A stretch of DNA of 64,000 nt from Hypanus sabinus. Taxonomy: Eukaryota. The notes below the pieces were generated by a model. That model made no database searches and was not told where the DNA came from. It was given only the letters and a program-made list of their open reading frames with translations. Positions 63,214 through 64,000 of this stretch are shown piece after piece (the first letter of the stretch is position 1; every line of letters starts with the position of its first letter). The DNA lies in the NCBI RefSeq assembly GCF_030144855.1, contig NC_082732.1:23870001-23934000 (forward strand). Direction: 5' to 3'. Both the position numbers and the translations under genes were made by a program.

Positions 63214-63880
63214 TCGTCTCGGCTCCTCGATTAAAGGTTTCCAGCAGTTTCTGCTTTTATCCCCCAATATCTGTAGGAGGATTGTATAGAGTGTGGGAGT
63301 GATATATAATTTGTAATTTTATAAAACTGATCTTTTCTATTGACCATGTCCTGGCGCGGTCATCTCCGTGGGCAGTACAGAACTGCTTTACATCAAGACT
63401 GCGTTCCTGTTCGCGTCCTACAAATAGTCTGGGGCAATTTTACCCCAGGGTTAGGTAATCCATATTAAGTCAATACTTTATTTACCCTTCTTTAAAGTAG
63501 TAAAAGTCAACACAAGTTTTACATAAAAACTGACCCAAATGGTCCTTTGTGTCAACCCAGAGCGTCTGGATCTGCCAGTCTCTTGTTCTTTTAATTAAAC
63601 TCTTTTGAAAGCCGCTATCAAATAAACAAATAGTTAACATATTCGAACAGCTCTAAATCCGTGCTGGTTCAATCCTTGGTTAAGATTTTTACGTTGTTTT
63701 GTTCTCAAAAACAACCGTACGCATGTCTCTTACCTTTAAAAAAAGAAAGCAACAACGTCAGAAAAAAAGCGGAATGTTGGAAGTTTTTTTGTTGTTAGTG
63801 TTTAGATTGGATTTCGCAGCGGCCTGTCAGATTCGAAGGTTTTGTTGAGGATATTTTTATGTTGTTTAAAGACGTGCCCG

Positions 63881-63894
63881 GCGCCCTCTGCTGG
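63881..63894 (-). promoter_or_regulatory. CTCF core motif
   Basis: The - strand CCAGCAGAGGGCGC matches the CCASYAGRKGGCRS consensus. Confidence 0.6.
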
Positions 63895-64000
63895 TCTCTA
63901 ATTTCATTGCCCACCTCCTGATTTACATTAAAAACGGTTTTAATGTGGCTCTTACTTATCGAAGCAAACTCGCGTGTGTAACTTAGTTGCGTCAGAAAAA

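Larger units (their letters stand above)
54600..64000. promoter_or_regulatory. Extended CpG-rich domain (large CpG island or methylation valley), running off the window end
   Basis: CpG dinucleotides are frequent throughout, even in AT-rich and repeat-derived parts, unlike the rest of the window. This was judged by eye. Confidence 0.75.

Noticed and set aside
1-64000. CRISPR arrays, operons, or prokaryotic defence and mobile systems
   Set aside because: The sequence is a spliced vertebrate locus. No regularly spaced repeat-spacer array or dense coding region is present.
54600-64000. NBL1 coding exons
   Set aside because: No signal-peptide or DAN cystine-knot coding sequence was found, so the gene name remains a synteny-based guess.

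Overview
This is eukaryotic, repeat-rich vertebrate DNA. The repeat repertoire (CR1 with esterase ORF1, Rex1/Babar, Penelope-like elements, V-SINE-type SINEs) points to a cartilaginous fish, probably a ray; that assignment is inference. The one complete protein-coding gene is MICOS10 (+ strand, 4 coding exons at 24005-24068, 48161-48208, 48806-48915 and 51146-51160, 78 aa, 24-kb intron 1). A divergent CpG-island promoter at about 7.0-7.4 kb has an ATG-only first exon on the - strand, which fits CAPZB. A CpG-rich domain of about 10 kb at the right end holds a probable non-coding first exon, possibly NBL1 by synteny. Most of the rest is transposable-element debris, including a multi-layer nested insertion stack in MICOS10 intron 1. 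The most interesting signal is a family of Penelope-like element ends carrying minimal type I hammerhead ribozyme cores (CTGANGA-A-stem II-GAAAC-GTC). Several occur as short fold-back insertions, and one with a 13-bp target-site duplication lies just upstream of the last MICOS10 exon. No prokaryotic-type systems, CRISPR arrays, rRNA genes or true tRNA genes were found. Coordinates of decayed repeats are approximate.
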